Source of the DNA: an uncultured Bacilli bacterium
Lineage (GTDB): Bacteria > Bacillota_I > Bacilli_A > RF39 > UBA660
Assembly (NCBI GenBank): GCA_947626095.1
Contig: CANQQV010000002.1
Span: 32,001 to 96,000, forward strand
DNA length: 64,000 bases
Direction: 5' to 3'
Below are positions 59,244 through 64,000 of this stretch, one piece after another. Positions within the stretch are counted from its first letter, which is position 1, and every line of letters starts with the position of its first letter. The notes under the pieces are model-generated. The model did no database searches, was not told the origin of the DNA, and was given only the letters and a program-made list of their open reading frames with translations. The position numbers and the translations under genes are program-made.

Positions 59244-59930
59244 TTATTGATATTTTTGATAAAACTCTTTCATCGTATTAAAGATAAAAGTAATAATTTC
59301 TTTTTCTTTAACTAACTCTGGCAAATATTTTTGGTAAGTTTCTTTAATATAGGTATCTTTGTTTATAAAAAGATCTTTTTTTTCATCATAATAAACAGAT
59401 TTGATATTTTTATTAAAGAAAATTAAAGGGTTTGTTCGTTCATCTTCAGGTTTAATAGAATGAACAGTAGTTAAAACATTATCTTCGTTATTAATAATTT
59501 GAAAATCGGCAGGAATATTTAAATTATCCATAATATTAAGATTAGGATTATTAGATATAAATTCTAAAGAATAATGTTCTTCAGTTGTACCATTAATATT
59601 AACAACATTACCATCTAAAATATAATAAGGATTATCTAAGGAATAGCTTTCACTAGTTTCAGTAGATAGACAATAATATTTGGTTTCTAAAGGACGCATT
59701 GATTCATAATAAATGTCTTTTAAAGATAGTTCTACTTTAGTTAAATCGGTTTCATAAGAGGCTTTTAAAGCATCAGGATCAAAATTTAGAATATATGGTC
59801 CGACTTTTATTTCATAGTTATGTTCTAAAAGACTAAGACGCATTAGTTTAAAAAGAGTTTTTTCGATATTTACTTTATCGAAATTTTTTGGAGGCATAGG
59901 ATATATTAGTTTTTGTAATTCTTCAATCAT
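59244..59930 (-). CDS. hypothetical protein
   Basis: 228 aa ORF with a GGTGA RBS. No motif recognised. Confidence 0.65.
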   Translation of the reverse strand: MIEELQKLIYPMPPKNFDKVNIEKTLFKLMRLSLLEHNYEIKVGPYILNFDPDALKASYETDLTKVELSLKDIYYESMRPLETKYYCLSTETSESYSLDNPYYILDGNVVNINGTTEEHYSLEFISNNPNLNIMDNLNIPADFQIINNEDNVLTTVHSIKPEDERTNPLIFFNKNIKSVYYDEKKDLFINKDTYIKETYQKYLPELVKEKEIITFIFNTMKEFYQKYQ

Positions 59931-59979
59931 TTTATTTTCACCATAATTATTATAACATAGATTACCAAAGAAAAAGAAG

Positions 59980-60240
59980 CTATTTAGCTTCGATAATTAG
60001 TTTAATAGCGGTTTTTTCTTTACCATCGATTTCAATATCAGTAAAGGCTGGTATACAAACTAAGTTAATCCCACTAGGAGATATATAACCACGAGCAATT
60101 GAAACAGCTTTAACAGCTTGATTTAGAGCACCAGCACCTACTGTTTGAAGTTCAACTCCCCCTTTTTCTCTAAAGATATTAGCAATAGCACCAGCTACTT
60201 TACTAGGATTTGATTTACTTGATACTTTTAGTATTTCCAT
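59980..60240 (-). CDS. spoVS: stage V sporulation protein S
   Basis: MEILKVSSKSNP..VAGAIA...GAGALNQAVKA..IARG...PAF. Confidence 0.95.
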   Translation of the reverse strand: MEILKVSSKSNPSKVAGAIANIFREKGGVELQTVGAGALNQAVKAVSIARGYISPSGINLVCIPAFTDIEIDGKEKTAIKLIIEAK

Positions 60241-60264
60241 TTGCTTCCTCTCTTTCTATATTAA

Positions 60265-60292
60265 AATATATGAGGAAAGGAAAATAATATGA
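60265..60292 (-). promoter_or_regulatory. sigma-E-like promoter upstream of spoVS
   Basis: TCATATT-13 bp-CATATATT. The same CATATATTTTAATA 14-mer lies upstream of the ylxY-like gene (53888-53901). Confidence 0.45.
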
Positions 60293-60305
60293 AAAAAGAA
60301 GCTAA

Positions 60306-61544
60306 TTATTTATTAGCTTCTAATTCTTCTTCGATTCTAATTAATTGATTATATTTACAAATACGATCTGTACGAGACATTGAACCAGTCTTGATTTGAC
60401 CTAGATCTAATCCTACTGCTAAATCAGCAATAGTTGTATCTTCAGTTTCACCACTACGATGAGAAATAATTGTATTATAGCCATGACTCTTAGCTAGTTC
60501 AATAGTTTCTAGAGTTTCAGTTATGGTACCAATTTGGTTAACTTTTAAAAGAATAGCATTACCGGCATGTTTATCAATACCCATTTGTAAACATTTTTTA
60601 TTAGTAACAAATAAGTCATCACCAACTAGTTGAATTTTATCACCTAATCTTTCGGTAATCTTAGTAAAGCCTTCCCAATCATTTTCATCTACTGGATCTT
60701 CAATAGAAATAATAGGATACTTACTTACTAATTCTTCATAGAAGTCGATTAATTCATCAGTAGTAAGACTTCTTCCTTCACCTTCAAGATTATATTTTCC
60801 ATCTTTATAAAATTCACTAGCAGCAACATCGATACCTAAGCATACATCTTTACCTGGTTCATAACCAGCTCTTTTAATAGCTTCAACAATAAGTTCAAAA
60901 CCTTCTTGGTTACTATTTAAGTCAGGAGCAAATCCACCTTCATCACCAACACCAGTAGCTAAGCCTTTTTCATTTAAAACTTTTTTTAGATTATGGAATA
61001 CTTCAGCACCTACTCTTACTCTTTCTTTAATTGTATCTCTTTGGGGTATTATCATAAATTCTTGGAAATCTAGTTTATTATCAGCATGAGCGCCACCATT
61101 AATAATATTCATCATTGGACGTGGTAAAGTCTTACCATCACCAACATAAGCATATAAAGGTTTGCCGGCGGCGATTGCACTAGCTTTTAAAGCAGCCATT
61201 GAAATACCTAGGATAGCATTAGCACCAAATTTAGACTTAGTTTCAGTACCATCAAGTTCAATCATGGCATAATCTAAAGCTTTTTGATCAGCTGCATCCA
61301 TACCGATTACTAAGTCTCTTAATGGACCATTAACATTAGCAACAGCTTTTTGTGTTCCCTTTCCCATGTATCTTGTTCCGCCATCTCTTAATTCTAGAGC
61401 TTCTCTTTCTCCTGTTGAAGCACCAGATGGAACAGCAGCACGGCCTAAAACTCCGTTTTCTAGGATAACATCAACTTCAACAGTTGGATTACCACGAGAG
61501 TCAAGAATTTCACGACCAATTACGTTTTTAATTTTCATAACCAT
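60306..61544 (-). CDS. eno: enolase
   Basis: [38 protein letters not shown]. Confidence 0.98.
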   Translation of the reverse strand: MVMKIKNVIGREILDSRGNPTVEVDVILENGVLGRAAVPSGASTGEREALELRDGGTRYMGKGTQKAVANVNGPLRDLVIGMDAADQKALDYAMIELDGTETKSKFGANAILGISMAALKASAIAAGKPLYAYVGDGKTLPRPMMNIINGGAHADNKLDFQEFMIIPQRDTIKERVRVGAEVFHNLKKVLNEKGLATGVGDEGGFAPDLNSNQEGFELIVEAIKRAGYEPGKDVCLGIDVAASEFYKDGKYNLEGEGRSLTTDELIDFYEELVSKYPIISIEDPVDENDWEGFTKITERLGDKIQLVGDDLFVTNKKCLQMGIDKHAGNAILLKVNQIGTITETLETIELAKSHGYNTIISHRSGETEDTTIADLAVGLDLGQIKTGSMSRTDRICKYNQLIRIEEELEANK

Positions 61545-61631
61545 CTCTCCTTAATATATTGCTATAAATTATGTTCTTATAGCCCACACATATTATATCA
61601 AAAGGGATGAAAAAAAGGAACAAAATGTTCC

Positions 61632-61901
61632 TTAATTATCAGTAATTTGGTAAGTAACTTTAGCTGCTTCAGATAAAGTTTTTATCATTTCTTCAACAAT
61701 GTTATTTTCAGCTTCAGTATCTATTGGCGATAGTTTACCATCTTCATAGATAGAGGCATAACATTTTATGATGTCATTTTCCTTGTTAAAATCAGTATAA
61801 ACAACATAGTTTTTATGAGTATTTTCAGATTCGAAAGAGAATAAAATATCAAATTCTTTTTCTTCACCTTTATCATTTTTTACTTTTAATTTATTATTCA
61901 T
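61632..61901 (-). CDS. DUF1292 family protein
   Basis: GEEKEFDILFSFE....K.YVVYT...L.PI.TE.E. Confidence 0.8.
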   Translation of the reverse strand: MNNKLKVKNDKGEEKEFDILFSFESENTHKNYVVYTDFNKENDIIKCYASIYEDGKLSPIDTEAENNIVEEMIKTLSEAAKVTYQITDN

Positions 61902-61903
61902 AA

Positions 61904-63379
61904 TTACCTCCTATACATAGCTGCTGTAGCATTATCTTTACCAGCAGGAATAACACGATCGCCAGTGAAACGTGCTTGTTTAACTGCATTATTATTCAAA
62001 GCTTTATCAACTAAAGCTCTAGTTATTTCATCACGTGGAGTATTCTGAGCAATAACACGGATATCTTCATGAGATAATAAATCAGATACACCATCACTTA
62101 GTAATAACAAAGTATTATAGCAACTATTAGGAATGGTTGTCATTTGAATAGTACCTAAATTAGAGTTTCCTAAACATTTAGTTATAAAATTACTTTCAGG
62201 ATTAAATCTTAAGTCGTCTATTTCAGCGGCAGTAGGACGACGGCCACCATGTTCATACATAAACTCTGCCCAGACTTTGGATTCGTCTGTTGTTACTAGT
62301 GATACACCGTATGGTGATACGGTATAAGCTCTTGAATCACCAATGTTAGCAATAATTGTATCATTTTCAGTAACAATGGCTCCAACTAGGGTTGAACCTA
62401 CACTAACTCTACCATTACGTGGTGGAAATTTACTAGTTATATCACTATTTATTTTTCTGATAGCATTATCAAGAGATTCTTTAAGACCTGATGGTAAATA
62501 ATAAGCATCAGCTGGAACACTTTTAAACCATTCAGCTAAGCCTTTAACAACCATATTACTAGCTTTTTCACCACCATCTAAGCCACCTACTCCATCAGCT
62601 ACAGCGATGAATTTAAATTGATCATTATCAGGATGAGTTAAGATAATAACTGAATCTTCTTGATTTTTTCTTTTTCGACCAACATCTTGAGTCGCATATA
62701 AAGTACCATCTAAAGCATATTCACTACGATTATATTTAACTTGCGAACCAGCTACAACTTCTCTTAGGCAGCGATTCATTGCTTCATAGTTAACGTTTAC
62801 TTTAGCCATTGGTTTGATAATTTCAACATCATGATCTATTTTAGTTAACATTTCGCTTCCCGCAGAAAGACCAATACTATCTATTTGACGACGGAAGTCT
62901 TCACCTTTATTTAATGGATCTGGAGTATAAGAGTAACCATTATTGTACCAATTTGGATTAAATCTAGTTTTAGCAACAGCATTAGCTAAAGCAAATAAAG
63001 CATTGGGATTACTAGTATAATACAAAATAGAATTAATATTACGATTAGTTATAATAGTTTCAACTGCATTTTGGATTTCACCAATATCATAAAATGAAGA
63101 GGCATTAGCCCACTCATTGTTAATGTGGCGAGGTGAATTATAAATTAATTTATTGTAAGCAGAATAAATTATAACAGCATTTCTAACAATATATTCAATA
63201 AAGTCACGGCAATCAAGTCTTAGGACTCTAGTACGGGCCATATTGGTATTAGTAAAATTAGTAGGTTCGATTCTTGAAGTAGCATTTTTATATAATATTT
63301 GACTAATATTGGGAATGAAGTCTGGATGTTTTTTTAAAGTTTCAGCAAAAGCAATATCGATATCTTGGACTTTTGTCAT
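61904..63379 (-). CDS. PP2C-family Ser/Thr phosphatase with ~220 aa N-terminal extension
   Basis: DVGRKRKNQEDS, VADGVGG, GSTL, NIGDSRAY, LLSDG, DNAT. ATG at 63379. Confidence 0.88.
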   Translation of the reverse strand: MTKVQDIDIAFAETLKKHPDFIPNISQILYKNATSRIEPTNFTNTNMARTRVLRLDCRDFIEYIVRNAVIIYSAYNKLIYNSPRHINNEWANASSFYDIGEIQNAVETIITNRNINSILYYTSNPNALFALANAVAKTRFNPNWYNNGYSYTPDPLNKGEDFRRQIDSIGLSAGSEMLTKIDHDVEIIKPMAKVNVNYEAMNRCLREVVAGSQVKYNRSEYALDGTLYATQDVGRKRKNQEDSVIILTHPDNDQFKFIAVADGVGGLDGGEKASNMVVKGLAEWFKSVPADAYYLPSGLKESLDNAIRKINSDITSKFPPRNGRVSVGSTLVGAIVTENDTIIANIGDSRAYTVSPYGVSLVTTDESKVWAEFMYEHGGRRPTAAEIDDLRFNPESNFITKCLGNSNLGTIQMTTIPNSCYNTLLLLSDGVSDLLSHEDIRVIAQNTPRDEITRALVDKALNNNAVKQARFTGDRVIPAGKDNATAAMYRR

Positions 63380-63440
63380 ATTATCACCTATTTTTATTTT
63401 ACCATATATTACGGAAGGATAAAAAAAGAAAAAAGATACT

Positions 63441-64000
63441 TTACATTTGATCTTTTTCCCAACGAGCATATATACCACAAGGTAAAATCAAATTACTATT
63501 TTTCATTGGTATACCAAGTTCATCACTACTTATATGGCCTTGGCACTTTTGATTAACAGTTAATGATAGGATATTTTCTAAGACAGTCATAGATAAACCG
63601 GTAGTATAAGAATTAATTAAGAAAAGAATGGGATTATCAGAAAGTAATTCGCTACATAGTTCGACTAAAGGATATAAATCCTTTTCGATGTCCCATACTT
63701 CACCATTAGAGCCACGACCAAATGATGGTGGATCCATTAAAATTATATCGTATTTATTGCCTCTTCGGATTTCTCTTTTAACAAATTTAACAACGTCATC
63801 AACTAAAAATCTAATCGGTTTGTCTGCTAAACCGCTAGCATTAACATTTTCTTTGGCCCAATCAACCATGCCACGAGATGAGTCAACATGAACAACTTCG
63901 GCACCAGCACTTAAAGCAGCAACTGAAGCAGCACCCGTATAAGCAAAAAGGTTTAGAACTTTAACGGGACGATGAGCATTTTTTATTTTTTCACGAATTA
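63441..64000 (-). CDS. class I SAM-dependent methyltransferase (RlmI-like), 5' end outside the window
   Basis: Frame stays open to the window edge: VLNLFAYTGAAS..VDSS...DPPSFGRG. Confidence 0.88.
   Translation of the reverse strand, partial: IREKIKNAHRPVKVLNLFAYTGAASVAALSAGAEVVHVDSSRGMVDWAKENVNASGLADKPIRFLVDDVVKFVKREIRRGNKYDIILMDPPSFGRGSNGEVWDIEKDLYPLVELCSELLSDNPILFLINSYTTGLSMTVLENILSLTVNQKCQGHISSDELGIPMKNSNLILPCGIYARWEKDQM

Overview
Low-GC Bacillota (Bacilli-like) chromosome segment with almost all genes on the minus strand and genetic code 11 (TGA is used as a stop). The TGS-less ThrRS, compact operons and retained sporulation genes suggest an RF39-like reduced-genome gut lineage; this is inference. 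Positions 1-14.2 kb hold a type VIIb secretion locus: essC, esaB/yukD, a DUF4176 gene, about ten WXG100-like helical proteins and three long candidate substrates. No esaA, essA, essB or immunity genes are visible in the window. By eye, the substrate genes form two paralogous modules. Each has a sigma-A promoter, a structured ~60-90 nt leader sharing an AGGGG..TTGGT core, a WXG pair, two overlapping hairpins and three paralogous helical genes. In the second module two of those helical proteins carry long C-terminal extensions. A stand-alone class I (CCA/OAS/CD-NTase-like) nucleotidyltransferase lies just upstream of essC. The remainder is mostly housekeeping and surface genes: thrS with T-box, a serpin, an MMPL with internal repeats, trxB, a vWA/HFS/Cys-peptidase-like membrane protein, csoR-copA-ttcA, sortase B, mnmA, tRNA-Met, uppS-cdsA-rseP, rpsP-khpA, cotE, a VanY-like peptidase, a probably synthetase-dead Rel, RNase J, ssb, sufB, pta, spoVS, eno and a PP2C phosphatase. 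All homology calls are from motif recognition; no searches were run.
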